64,000 bases of DNA from an uncultured delta proteobacterium (GTDB lineage: Bacteria > Desulfobacterota > Binatia > Binatales > Binataceae), in the NCBI GenBank assembly GCA_963794325.1, contig CAWCDG010000005.1, forward strand, positions 363,517 to 427,516, given 5' to 3'. Position 1 is the first letter of the stretch; every line of letters begins with the position of its first letter. This document shows, piece after piece, positions 37,676 through 48,400 of this stretch. Made by a program: the position numbers and the translations under genes. The notes beneath the pieces are model-generated. The model was not told the DNA's origin. It saw only the letters and a program-made list of their open reading frames with translations, and ran no database searches.

Positions 37676-39562
37676 TTGAATCCAACTCGCGCCAAACTTT
37701 CAAGCTTAGTCGAACTCCTTCGATTGCGCGCGCTCGAACAGCCAGCGCACCGGATTTACACCTACCTTACCGACGGAGAAACTGAAGGAGCGCATCTGAC
37801 CTATGAGGCTTTAGACCGGCAGGCACGGGCTATTGCTGCGTTGCTCCAGAGCTACAACGCAAGCGGAGAGCGGGCACTGTTACTCTATCCAGCAGGTCTC
37901 GAATTCATCTCCGCTTTTTTCGGATGCCTATACGCCGGGGTTATTGCCGTTCCGCTGCCGCCGCCGAATACGGCTCAGCCACAGCGTGCGCTCTCACGGT
38001 TTCGCGCAATCGCGAACGACGCTCAACCGACGGTGGTTCTGACTACATCGTCGATACTCTCGAAGATCGAGGGTGTGTTCACTCAAGCTCCCGGGCTGCG
38101 CACGCTGCGTTGGATTGCGACCGACAAGATACTAGGCAACGCCGCCGATGAATGGCGCGACCCTGCGGCGACTCCCGGCACGCTGGCTTTGATCCAATAC
38201 ACCTCGGGCTCCACTGCCATACCGAGGGGCGTGATGGTCAGTCATGGAAACCTGCTCGAAAACTCCGCTCACATCGACCAGGCATTTGAGATTTTGCCGG
38301 ACGACGTTTCGGTCACATGGTTGCCGGTGTTCCACGATATGGGACTCACCAATGGAATTATCCAACCCATGTATGGAGGGCGTGAGTGCATTCTGATGCC
38401 GCCGCAGTCCTTTCTTCAGCGGCCGGTGCGATGGCTGCAGGCAGTTTCAAAATATCACGCCACTATCAGTGGAGGCCCTAACTTCGCCTACGAAATGTGC
38501 GCTCGCAAGGTTACTCCCGAGCAGCTAAGTGCGCTCGACCTTAGCAGTTGGAAGTTGGCCTACGATGGCGCCGAGCCCGTCCGCGCGGACACGCTGAAGC
38601 GGTTTGCTACGGCCTTCGCTCCTTGCGGATTCCGTCCAAAGTTTTTCTATCCGTGTTACGGACTGGCCGAGGCCACGCTGATCGTTTCGGGAGGCTTTGT
38701 TAAGGACGAGCCTATCCTGCGCACGATGCAGGTGTCGGAGCTCGAACACAATCACAACACTGTCGTCCAGGTTTACGACCATCGGGTGAACGTCCGCACT
38801 CTGGTTGGCAGCGGTCACGCGGTAGCGGACACAAAAATCGTTATCGTCGATCCTCAGTCGTTGACAGCTTGCGCCTCCGATGAGGTTGGCGAAATCTGGG
38901 TCTCGGCCCCAAGCGTGGCCCAGGGCTATTGGAACCGGCCTGAGGAAACCGATCTCACCTTCCACGCCTACCTGGCAGATAGTGGCGAAGGTCCGTTTCT
39001 GCGCACCGGAGATTTGGGATTCCTCGGCGACGGAGAGTTGTTCGTCACCGGACGCTTGAAGGATCTGATTATCATCGGTGGCCGCAACCTCTATCCGCAG
39101 GAAATTGAACTGACTGTGCAGCAGAGCCATCCCGCGGTGCGGCCGGCTTGTTGCGCGGCGTTCTCGGTCGAGGTCGCGGATGAAGAACGGCTCATCGTCG
39201 CCGCCGAATTGGAACCTCGCTACGCGTCGAATCTGTGTTCGGCTAATGGAAATGGGAACGGCAACGGGCACGGGAACGGCAATGGAAACGGGAACGGCAA
39301 CGGAAATGGGAACGGCAATGGACACCGCAACGGAAATGGCAACGGCAACGGAACTGCGCATCCGAATCACAACGGACGGCTGCCGCTCGACGTCGATGCG
39401 TTAGTGCGTGCCATCCGGCGCGCGGTGGCCGAGGAGCATGACGTGAGAGTGCATGCCGTCTTGCTGCTGCGAGCCGGCAGCATGCCAAAGACTTCCAGCG
39501 GCAAGCTCGAGCGCCGCGCATGCCAAGCTGGTTTTCTGGACGGCACGCTCGCAAGCCTCTGA
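37676..39562 (+). CDS. Fatty acyl-AMP ligase (FAAL)
   Basis: QYTSGST, WLPVFHDMGL, GGPNFAY, CYGLAEATL, FAAL-type insertion before LVGSG, FLRTGDLG, KTSSGKL. Confidence 0.95.
   Translation: MNPTRAKLSSLVELLRLRALEQPAHRIYTYLTDGETEGAHLTYEALDRQARAIAALLQSYNASGERALLLYPAGLEFISAFFGCLYAGVIAVPLPPPNTAQPQRALSRFRAIANDAQPTVVLTTSSILSKIEGVFTQAPGLRTLRWIATDKILGNAADEWRDPAATPGTLALIQYTSGSTAIPRGVMVSHGNLLENSAHIDQAFEILPDDVSVTWLPVFHDMGLTNGIIQPMYGGRECILMPPQSFLQRPVRWLQAVSKYHATISGGPNFAYEMCARKVTPEQLSALDLSSWKLAYDGAEPVRADTLKRFATAFAPCGFRPKFFYPCYGLAEATLIVSGGFVKDEPILRTMQVSELEHNHNTVVQVYDHRVNVRTLVGSGHAVADTKIVIVDPQSLTACASDEVGEIWVSAPSVAQGYWNRPEETDLTFHAYLADSGEGPFLRTGDLGFLGDGELFVTGRLKDLIIIGGRNLYPQEIELTVQQSHPAVRPACCAAFSVEVADEERLIVAAELEPRYASNLCSANGNGNGNGHGNGNGNGNGNGNGNGNGHRNGNGNGNGTAHPNHNGRLPLDVDALVRAIRRAVAEEHDVRVHAVLLLRAGSMPKTSSGKLERRACQAGFLDGTLASL
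39245..39352 (+). repeat. In-frame hexamer repeat encoding a 36-aa Asn-Gly tract
   Basis: 18 units of AAYGGN-type hexamers, two of them variant (HG, HR). Confidence 0.95.
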
Positions 39563-39571
39563 GGTGTAGCG

Positions 39572-42500
39572 ATGGCCGGGAATCCTATCACGGGTGAAAT
39601 AGCGAACACGTCGATCGCGACGGCAAGTCCCCAATTGGACACTTATAGCGCCGAGGTCATCGAAAAATGGCTCGTCGATAAGCTCTCCGAGCTGCTCGGG
39701 GTCGCTCCGGAAGAAATCGACGTGCGGGAACCGTTCGCCAGCTACGGAATGGGCTCGACCGAGGCAGTCAGCCTCTCGGGCGAACTCGGCGATTGGCTCG
39801 GACAAAAAGTCGCCGCTGATTTGGCGTACGAGTTTCCAACTATCGAAACGCTGGCTCGGCATTTGAGCGGCTCGACCGATGAGTCGCGACCCGACGCTCG
39901 AAACGACCTGGCCTCGGAGTCGATCGCGATCATCGGAATCGGCTGTCGGTTTCCCGGCAGCATCGGTCCTCAGGAGTTCTGGCAGTCTATCCGCGACGGG
40001 ATTGACGCAATCACGGAAGTGCCGGCCGACCGCTTCAATCTCGACGAGGTTTACGATTCGGATCCAACTGTCCCGGGCAAAATAAGCACGCGATGGGGCG
40101 GCTTTATCGATCAGGTGGATCAGTTCGATCCGCAGTTCTTCGGCATCTCGCCCCGCGAAGCTGCACGGATGGATCCGCAGCAACGCCTGTTGCTCGAAGT
40201 AACCTGGGAAGCACTGGAAGACGCGGGGCAGGCGCCCGAGACACTTACCGGAAGCCAGACCGGCGTCTTCGTAGGAATCTCGAACAACGATTACGGCCGG
40301 ACCCAGTTCGGCGATCTCAGCCGCATCGACGCGTACGCGGGAACCGGCAACGCACTTAGCATCGCCGCCAACCGGATTTCGTACCTGCTGGATTTTCGCG
40401 GACCCAGCATCGCGATCGACACTGCATGCTCGTCGTCGCTGGTCTCAGTCCATCTCGCATGCACCAGTCTGCGCAACGGTGAATCGACCCTCGCGCTAGC
40501 TGGCGGCGTGAATCTGATCCTGTCGCCTGCCATCACGATGAATTTTACCAAGGCCGGCGTGATGGCGCCTGACGGGCGCTGCAAGACCTTCGACGCGGGC
40601 GCCAACGGCTACGTCCGCAGCGAGGGCGCAGGACTCGTCGTGCTCAAGCCTCTCAGCCGCGCGCTGGCCGACGGCGATACTATTTACGCCGTCATCCGTG
40701 GCAGCGCCGTGAACCAGGACGGTCGCAGCAACGGCCTGATGGCGCCGAATCCGCTCGCGCAGGAAGCCGTCTTGCGCGAAGCATATCGCGCAGCCGCTGT
40801 CTCAGCCGGCGACGTTCAATACGTCGAGGCGCATGGCACCGGTACTCTGCTCGGCGATCCGATCGAGGCGCGAGCGCTCGGCCGGGTGCTGGCCGACGGC
40901 CGTGCATCGGGCAATTTTTGCGCGATCGGTTCGGTCAAGACCAATATCGGGCACTGCGAAGCGGCGGCTGGCGTCGCCGGACTGATAAAGGTCGCGCTCG
41001 CGCTTAAGCATGCTGAGATTCCGGCGAGCCTGCACTTCCAGGAGCCCAATCCTCATATACCTTTCGACCAACTCCCGATTCGCGTGCAGACCCGGCCGGG
41101 TCCGTGGTCTGAAGAGAGCGGTCCACCGCTGGCTGGCGTCAGTTCATTCGGATTCGGCGGCACCAATGCTCACGTGGTCATGCAGCAGGCCCCCGAGTCG
41201 CGAAGTAAGAATCGCGAAGCGTCCGCGATCAAGTCCTGTTACTTTCTACCGCTCTCGGCGCGCAGTCCCGAGGCTCTGCAGGCCGTCGCGCGATCCTACC
41301 TGGAATTTCTGGCGAGCTCTGAGTTGTCGCTGCACGACATCTGCTACAGCGCGAGCGCGCGCCGCGGTCATCACGACTATCGCTTGAGTGTAACCGGCGA
41401 TGCGTCGAATCAACTTATCGACGGGCTCGAGGCTTTCCTCAAAGGAGAGACTCGCGCCGGTCTTTCGTCCGGCCGCAAAGCTCTCGGCGCGCACAAAAAA
41501 CTGGCTTTTGTTTTTTCCGGGCAAGGCTCGCAATGGTTCGGCATGGGCCGCACGCTCCTGCACGATGAACCCGTCTTTCGCGAGATGATCGAGCGATGCG
41601 CGCTGGCGCTGCGGCCGCATACCGACTGGTCCTTGATCGCGGAACTGGCCGCCACCGATCCAACCGAATCGCGGCTCAACGAAGTCGACGTAATCCAGCC
41701 TGCGCTGTTCGCAGTTCAGGTCGCGCTCGCAAGTCTGTGGCGCTCATGGGGTATCGAACCCGATGCGGTCGTTGGCCACAGCATGGGCGAAGTCGCGGCT
41801 GCGTACGTCGCCGGCGCAGTCAGCCTCGAAGACGCGGCGCTGATAATTTGCACCCGCAGCAAGCTGGTCAGGCGTACCGTCGGGCAAGGCGCGATGGCGT
41901 CGGTGGAGCTTTCCATCGAAGACGCTCGCCGCGCGATCGCAGGCTACGAAGATCGCGTTTCAATCGCGGTCAGCACCAGTCCCACGTCCACGGTCCTGTC
42001 GGGCGACCCGACAGCGCTCGCGGAGATACTCGAACAGCTTCAGGCCCGCGACGTCTTCTGCCGGATGGTGAAGGTGGACTTCGCCTCGCACAGTCCGCAG
42101 ATGGATCCATTGCGCGCCGAGTTGATGCGCGCGCTGGAAGAGGTGCAGCCGCATCTCGCGTCGATCCCGATTTATTCGACCGTGCTCGACTCGGTCGCCG
42201 ATGGCTCGGAGTTCGATGCGCTCTACTGGGCGCGCAATCTCAGGGAGCCGGTGCTTTTTTCCGCGTCGGTGCAGCGCCTGCTCGAAGATGGCCATGAAAC
42301 CTTCGTCGAGATCAGCGCGCATCCCATTCTGCTCAGCGGAATCCAGCAAGGGATTCATCACGCGGGCAAAGAAGGCGCGGTGCTCGCCTCGATCCGGCGC
42401 GAGGAAGACGAGCATACTGCGATGCTGCGGTCGCTGGGTCTGCTCTATTGTTCGGGATATGCAATCGACTGGAATCGCATCTACCCCGAGCGAGGTGCAA

Positions 42501-45487
42501 ACGTCGGCCTGCCCGGTTACCCATGGCAACGGCAACGCTGCTGGCTCGAGCCAGGCGCAGATCGCAGCCAGCCGATTCACTCGGCCACCAGAAATTCTCT
42601 ACTGGGACACCATTTCAAATCAGCCGCGTCGGGCGGCGCCGACTATTGGGAAATCCGGCTGGACAAGGAGTCGCTGCCTTTCCTCGATGACCATCGAATC
42701 GAGAACGTCGCGGCCTTGCCCGCATCGGTCTACGTCGAAATGGCATCAGCCGCCGCACAGGTGGCGCTCGGTTCGAAATCAATCGCGCTAACCGATGTCG
42801 AATTTCACCGCGCGCTCTTCATTCCCGATGGCGCAAGCGTCACGATTCAAGTGATCGTCGCGCCCGCCGCGGACGGAGCAGCGTCGTTTCAAATTCTCAG
42901 TTCTTCTGCTGGAACCGGCTCGTCCGCCAGGTCATGGACTCTGCATGCGTCTGGCAAAGTGTGTACTCAACCGGTTTCTGGCTCAGCGCCTGTCATAAAA
43001 GAAGAGTCGCTCGACGATATCCAGCTTCGAAGCTCTGACAAAGTCTCAGGGCCCGACTACTATCGACAGCTTAGTGCGAACGCGATCCAGTACGGGCCCT
43101 TTTTCCAAAGCATCACTCAGTTGTGGCTCGATGGTAAGAACGTCCTGGGTGAGCTGCAAATTTCAACTGATCAGGAGAGCAACTTCAATGCCTATCAGCT
43201 TCATCCAGCGGTTCTCGACGGCTGCTTACAGGTCCTTGGAGCAGCGGTAGCGACGGAAGCAAGGCGAATCGGGAGAGAAGGCACCTACATACCAACCCGC
43301 ATCGGTCAGATCCGCATCCTTAGCCGTCCCGGCACACACCTATGGTGTCGCGCGCGCATCGTCGACGACAATGCCAGCGGGATCGTCGGAGAACTAAGAC
43401 TCCTGGATGACGCCGGAAAGCTGGTCGTCGAACTTGAGGGTGTACACTTCGAATCGTTGGACCAAGGTCTCAAAGAAAACCTCGATGACTGGCTCTATGA
43501 GCTCAAATGGCAGCCGAAAGAACGCGTCTCAGGAAACATACCGCCATCGAGTCCTGGAAGCTGGCTTATCTTTGCCGATAGCAGCGGCGTCGGAGAGTCG
43601 TTGCGGCAAATCCTGGAAGCGCGGGGAGAAAAAGGCATCCTCGTCTCGCGCGGTAAAGCGTACGAGCGCACGGATAGCACGCACCTTTGCATTCGTCCCG
43701 ACGAGCCAGAGGACATCCGGCGGCTGTTCGAGAGCGCGACGGATTCCGATCAACCTGCATGTCGTGGAATTGTCCATCTGTGGAGCCTCGACGCCTCTCT
43801 TCCCGAAACTGCTACTGCTGCTTCGATGGAAGCGGCGCAGACTCTCGGCTGCGTCAGCGCTTTGCACGTGGTGCAGGAGATGGCCGGCGCCCGATGGCGC
43901 GAGCAGCCTCGTCTTTGGCTGATTACTCGAGGAGCGCAGGCAGCGGGCAACGATTCCCGGCCGGTCGACGTCGTTCAAGCGCCTATCTGGGGACTAGGTC
44001 GAGTTATCGCCCAGGAGCATCCCGCATTTTGGGGAGGGCTGGTGGACCTCGAGCCCTCGTCTTCTGCTGGCGATGGCTCAGCTCGTCAGTTGTTTGAGGA
44101 AATCTCCTCTCCCGATGGTGAGAATCAGGTTACTCTTCGCAGCGGGCAGCGGATGGTGGCGCGACTCGCTCGAAGGCGCGAATCCAGCGCACGCGAAACT
44201 CCGCTGCGATGGCGTTCTGACGGCAGCTATCTGATAACCGGAGGCCTCGGCGACCTCGGCCTGAAGGTCGCGCGCTGGATGGTGTCGCAAGGTGCTCGGC
44301 GCCTGATCCTTTTAGGACGCACGCAGCTTCCGCCGCGTTCGAGCTGGAGCTCGCAGGAGGCCGGCAGTCACCTGGCTCGACAATTTGCCGCGATTCGGGA
44401 ACTCGAAGAATCCGGGGCCAGCGTGCATCTGGTGTCCGCCGATATCGCGGATGAAACACAGATGAGCGCATTCCTCGATCGGTTTCAGGCTGAAGGTTGG
44501 CCCCCGATTCGCGGGGTTGTGCACGCGGCGGGAGTGCTGCAGGACGGCCTGCTGTTACAACTCGATGCGGCCGCGATGAACAAGGTTCTGCGGCCAAAGA
44601 TGGTCGGCGGATGGATCCTTCATCGCCTGCTTCGAGAAGCTCCACTGGATTTTTTCGTAGTCTTCTCTTCGGCCGGTTCCCTGATTGGGCAGCCCGGACA
44701 GGGCAACTACGCCGCCGCTAACAGTTTCCTCGACGCGCTCGCGCATCATCGAAACGCCCAAGGCCTTCCAGCTCTGAGTATCAACTGGGGAGCATGGGCC
44801 GAGTTGGGATTTGCCGAGACCGAAGGCGGCAGGAGTCTGACCAGGCGCCTTGCGCTGCTGGGAATAAGAAGCATGCCGCCCAAGCTGGCGCTCGAGGTCA
44901 TGGATCGCCTGCTGCGCGAAACTGCCACCCAGGTCGTGGCGCTTCCAGTGAACTGGAGTAAGTATCACGAGTTCTATGGAATAGGCACTGAGCCGCCACT
45001 GCTCTCCGATCTTGCCAATGAAGAAGCGGTTAGCCCATCTCAAACGGTGCATCCGGGCGAAAAGCGCGGCGCGATACTCGACGCGGCTCCCCTGGAGCGC
45101 GCCCAGTTGCTGCAGTCCTATGTGACTGAGCAGGTAGCTCGTGTGCTCGGCCTATCGCCCTCGCAACTGGATATCCAGCAACCACTGACCAACCTGGGAC
45201 TGGACTCGCTGATGGCGGTCGAGCTGAAGAATCGCATCTCGGCGGATTTGGGCGTCAACGTGCCGATGGTGAAATTTCTCCAGGGCTTCAGCGTCGCGCA
45301 GGCAGCAACCCAGCTCCTCGAGCAGCTTACGGCGGAAGCCGGCAATCCGTCAGCCATTCGCTCCTTGGCGCGCGATCGCGAGAACGATCAAATCGACAAA
45401 CATCTGATAGCCAACATCGACGAGCTTTCGGAGGAACAGGTCGATTCGATGCTCGCCGATATGCTGACTAAAGATGCGGTTACCTAG
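39572..45487 (+). CDS. Type I PKS: ACP-KS-AT-DH-KR-ACP
   Basis: ACP GMGS; KS DTACSSS/HGTGT/NIGH; AT GHSMG, VDVIQ, FASH; DH DHRIENVAALP and HPAVLD; KR TGGLGDLG, LQD, YAAAN; ACP LGLDSL. Confidence 0.96.
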   Translation: MAGNPITGEIANTSIATASPQLDTYSAEVIEKWLVDKLSELLGVAPEEIDVREPFASYGMGSTEAVSLSGELGDWLGQKVAADLAYEFPTIETLARHLSGSTDESRPDARNDLASESIAIIGIGCRFPGSIGPQEFWQSIRDGIDAITEVPADRFNLDEVYDSDPTVPGKISTRWGGFIDQVDQFDPQFFGISPREAARMDPQQRLLLEVTWEALEDAGQAPETLTGSQTGVFVGISNNDYGRTQFGDLSRIDAYAGTGNALSIAANRISYLLDFRGPSIAIDTACSSSLVSVHLACTSLRNGESTLALAGGVNLILSPAITMNFTKAGVMAPDGRCKTFDAGANGYVRSEGAGLVVLKPLSRALADGDTIYAVIRGSAVNQDGRSNGLMAPNPLAQEAVLREAYRAAAVSAGDVQYVEAHGTGTLLGDPIEARALGRVLADGRASGNFCAIGSVKTNIGHCEAAAGVAGLIKVALALKHAEIPASLHFQEPNPHIPFDQLPIRVQTRPGPWSEESGPPLAGVSSFGFGGTNAHVVMQQAPESRSKNREASAIKSCYFLPLSARSPEALQAVARSYLEFLASSELSLHDICYSASARRGHHDYRLSVTGDASNQLIDGLEAFLKGETRAGLSSGRKALGAHKKLAFVFSGQGSQWFGMGRTLLHDEPVFREMIERCALALRPHTDWSLIAELAATDPTESRLNEVDVIQPALFAVQVALASLWRSWGIEPDAVVGHSMGEVAAAYVAGAVSLEDAALIICTRSKLVRRTVGQGAMASVELSIEDARRAIAGYEDRVSIAVSTSPTSTVLSGDPTALAEILEQLQARDVFCRMVKVDFASHSPQMDPLRAELMRALEEVQPHLASIPIYSTVLDSVADGSEFDALYWARNLREPVLFSASVQRLLEDGHETFVEISAHPILLSGIQQGIHHAGKEGAVLASIRREEDEHTAMLRSLGLLYCSGYAIDWNRIYPERGANVGLPGYPWQRQRCWLEPGADRSQPIHSATRNSLLGHHFKSAASGGADYWEIRLDKESLPFLDDHRIENVAALPASVYVEMASAAAQVALGSKSIALTDVEFHRALFIPDGASVTIQVIVAPAADGAASFQILSSSAGTGSSARSWTLHASGKVCTQPVSGSAPVIKEESLDDIQLRSSDKVSGPDYYRQLSANAIQYGPFFQSITQLWLDGKNVLGELQISTDQESNFNAYQLHPAVLDGCLQVLGAAVATEARRIGREGTYIPTRIGQIRILSRPGTHLWCRARIVDDNASGIVGELRLLDDAGKLVVELEGVHFESLDQGLKENLDDWLYELKWQPKERVSGNIPPSSPGSWLIFADSSGVGESLRQILEARGEKGILVSRGKAYERTDSTHLCIRPDEPEDIRRLFESATDSDQPACRGIVHLWSLDASLPETATAASMEAAQTLGCVSALHVVQEMAGARWREQPRLWLITRGAQAAGNDSRPVDVVQAPIWGLGRVIAQEHPAFWGGLVDLEPSSSAGDGSARQLFEEISSPDGENQVTLRSGQRMVARLARRRESSARETPLRWRSDGSYLITGGLGDLGLKVARWMVSQGARRLILLGRTQLPPRSSWSSQEAGSHLARQFAAIRELEESGASVHLVSADIADETQMSAFLDRFQAEGWPPIRGVVHAAGVLQDGLLLQLDAAAMNKVLRPKMVGGWILHRLLREAPLDFFVVFSSAGSLIGQPGQGNYAAANSFLDALAHHRNAQGLPALSINWGAWAELGFAETEGGRSLTRRLALLGIRSMPPKLALEVMDRLLRETATQVVALPVNWSKYHEFYGIGTEPPLLSDLANEEAVSPSQTVHPGEKRGAILDAAPLERAQLLQSYVTEQVARVLGLSPSQLDIQQPLTNLGLDSLMAVELKNRISADLGVNVPMVKFLQGFSVAQAATQLLEQLTAEAGNPSAIRSLARDRENDQIDKHLIANIDELSEEQVDSMLADMLTKDAVT

Positions 45488-48400
45488 TGCCTGATGTATC
45501 CAATCGGATCGCCGGCCTCTCATCCGCGGAAAAACGTGCACTGCTTGCCGATCTCCTTCGGGAAAAAGCGCGCGCGGTCGAGTCATTCTATCCACTGTCC
45601 TACAATCAGCAGGGGATATGGTTTCTATCTCAGTTGGCGCCTGAGAGTATGGTTTACAACGTCAGCTTCGCCGCACGAATCACCTCGGAGCTTGATGTCC
45701 CCGCGTTGCGCCGATCGTTTCAGGCTCTCGTCGATCGGCATCCTTGCCTGAGGACCACCTTCACCGTGCGCTCCGGGAAACCGGTGCAACGGATCCACCA
45801 GGGCGCGAAGGTCCACTTCGAAGAGTTGGATGCTTCAGCATGGTCGCGAGACGAGATCGAGTCTCGGTTGACCGACGAAGCGCATCGTCCCTTTGATCTC
45901 GAGCAAGGTCCTTTGCTCCGCGTGAGTGTCTTCAAGCGATCCGAGCGGGAACACTACCTGTTGCTGGTCGTGCATCACATCGTGATCGACTTCTGGTCGC
46001 TCGCGATTCTTCTAAATGAGCTCGGCGTGCTGTACCCGGCGGAAGCGGCGGACCGGCGGGCGACCTTACCACCGCTTCACCTGCAATACGGCGACTACGT
46101 TCGCTGGCAATCTGAAATGCTGGCGGGCGCGGAAGGTGAGCGTCTATGGGGCTACTGGCGCAAACAACTAGCCGGGTCGTTGCCGGTGCTGGAGTTGCCG
46201 ACCGATCGTCCGCGCCAGCCGATACAAACGCATCGCGGCGGATCGCATGACTTCGTCCTCAGCGACGAATTGAGCGGGAAGCTGAAGCTGCTCGCGAAAG
46301 CTCAAGGTGCGACACTCTATGTAGTCATGCTCGCCGCGTTCCAGGCGATGCTTCACTACTTGTCGGGGCAGGACGATCTGATCGTGGGCTCGCCGGTAGT
46401 TGGCAGGAGTCGCGCCGAGTTTGAAGAGATCGTCGGGCTTTTTACTAATCCGGTTTTCTTGCGAGTAAGTCTCTCCGGAAATCCGACCTTCCAGGAGTTC
46501 GTAAGCCATGTGCGGCATACGGCGCTCGACGCGCTCGAGCATCAGGACTTTCCTACGCTGCTGTTGGTCGAAAGACTAAAGCCTGCTCGCGATCTTAGCC
46601 GACCGCCTATATGCCAGGTTATGTTCGTGCTGGATAAGCCACATGGGCTTGCGGAACAGGGCGCACCTACCTTCGTACACGGGGAAGCAGGGCCCACCAT
46701 GAACTCTGGAGGGCTGGTACTGGAATCTTTCCCGCTCGAACATCGGTCCGCCTCGCTGGACCTTGTATTGCTGGTCGTCGAATCGACGCAGTCGCTCTCG
46801 ATTTCCATGAGATACAACGCCGAACTGTTCGACCACTCTACCATCACTCGGTTTGGAAAATACTTTGAGGTTCTGCTTCAGCACGTAGTCAGTCATCCGG
46901 ACGCGCGGCTCAGTGCCTTGGCTGAAGTACTCGACGCGGCGGACCCGAAGCACCAATCGGCCGCACGCGAGGAGCTGGAGATCCTCGACGACGGCGAGAG
47001 AGCGCGAGTGTTAGAGGAGTTTAACCAGACTGCCGCTCCCTATCCTGACGAGGTCTGCATCCAGCGCTTGTTCGAAGAGCAGGTGGAACGTACGCCAGAC
47101 CGCGTTGCGCTCACCTTCGAGAATCAAAACCTGACCTATGCGCAGCTCAACGCCCGCGCAAATCAACTCGCACACTATCTGCGCGCGCGGGCAGTGGGGC
47201 CCGAAGTGCTTGTGGCGATTTGCATGGAGCGGTCTCTCGAGATGGTCGTCGCGCTCCTCGGCGTTCTCAAGGCGGGCGGCGCTTACTTGCCGATCGATCC
47301 GGCTTACCCCAGGGAGCGGCTGGCATTCGTTCTGGAAAATGCTCGGGCGCAAGTGCTGTTGACGACGGAGCCGCTGCGCGAGCACATGCCGGATCAAGGT
47401 GTGCAACTGGTATGTCTCGACTCCGATTGGGAATCGATCGCCCGCGAGAGTTGTGACAATCCGCCGAACGTGACCACGGCCGGCAACCTGGCTTATGTCA
47501 TTTACACCTCCGGCTCGACCGGGCAACCCAAGGGCGTGATGGTCGAGCATCGCGGCCTTAGCAACACGGTTAAGTGGCTATCGCAAACACTGGCGATCAC
47601 CGCGGACGACAGCACTCTGCTCAAGACTCCGATCACCTTCGACGCCGCGGGGCGCGAGCTCTTTCCAACACTCTTGGCGGGAGCGCATCTGGTAATCGTG
47701 GAGCCCGATGCCCACCGTGACACGCGCTATGTAGCAGAGAAAATGCGCGACCACAGCGTCTCGATACTTCACTGCGTCCCCTCTTTCCTGCGCCTGTTGA
47801 TAGCGGAATCGGCTTTCGCCGACGCCGTGACCTTGCGCGCGGTCATGAGCGGCGGCGAGGCGCTGACACCGGACATAGTCGCGGAGTTTGGCCGTCGCTC
47901 CAAGGCCAGCTTATACAATGTCTATGGGCCGACCGAGACGATTATCGACTCGGCGTACTGGCTATGCGACGGAACCAGCGATGCTTCGATAGTGCCGATA
48001 GGACGACCTATTCCAAACGCGCGCATGTACATTCTGAACAGAGCGCTGCGCCCCGTGCCGATCGGAGTTTCCGGAGAACTATACATAGGTGGAGTGAGTC
48101 TGGCACGTGGCTACCTGAACCTGCCGGGTCTGACCGCCGAGAAGTTTATTCCGGATCCTTTCTCCGGCGAGCCCGGCAAGCGGCTCTATAAGACTGGCGA
48201 CCTGGCGCGCTATCTGCCTGATGGAAATATCCAGTATCTCGGTCGCGGCGACTATCAAGTCAAAATCCGCGGCTTCAGAATTGAACTCGGAGAGATTGAA
48301 GCGGCCCTTACGCAATATTCGTCGATCGCTCAGGCGGTTGTCACAGTTCACGAAGGCGCGCATGGAGAAAGGCGGCTGGTCGCGTACGTGGTCGCTCAGC

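Noticed and set aside
39245-39352. Repeat tract as CRISPR or phase-variation site
   Set aside because: Degenerate in-frame hexamers without spacers; length change would not shift frame.
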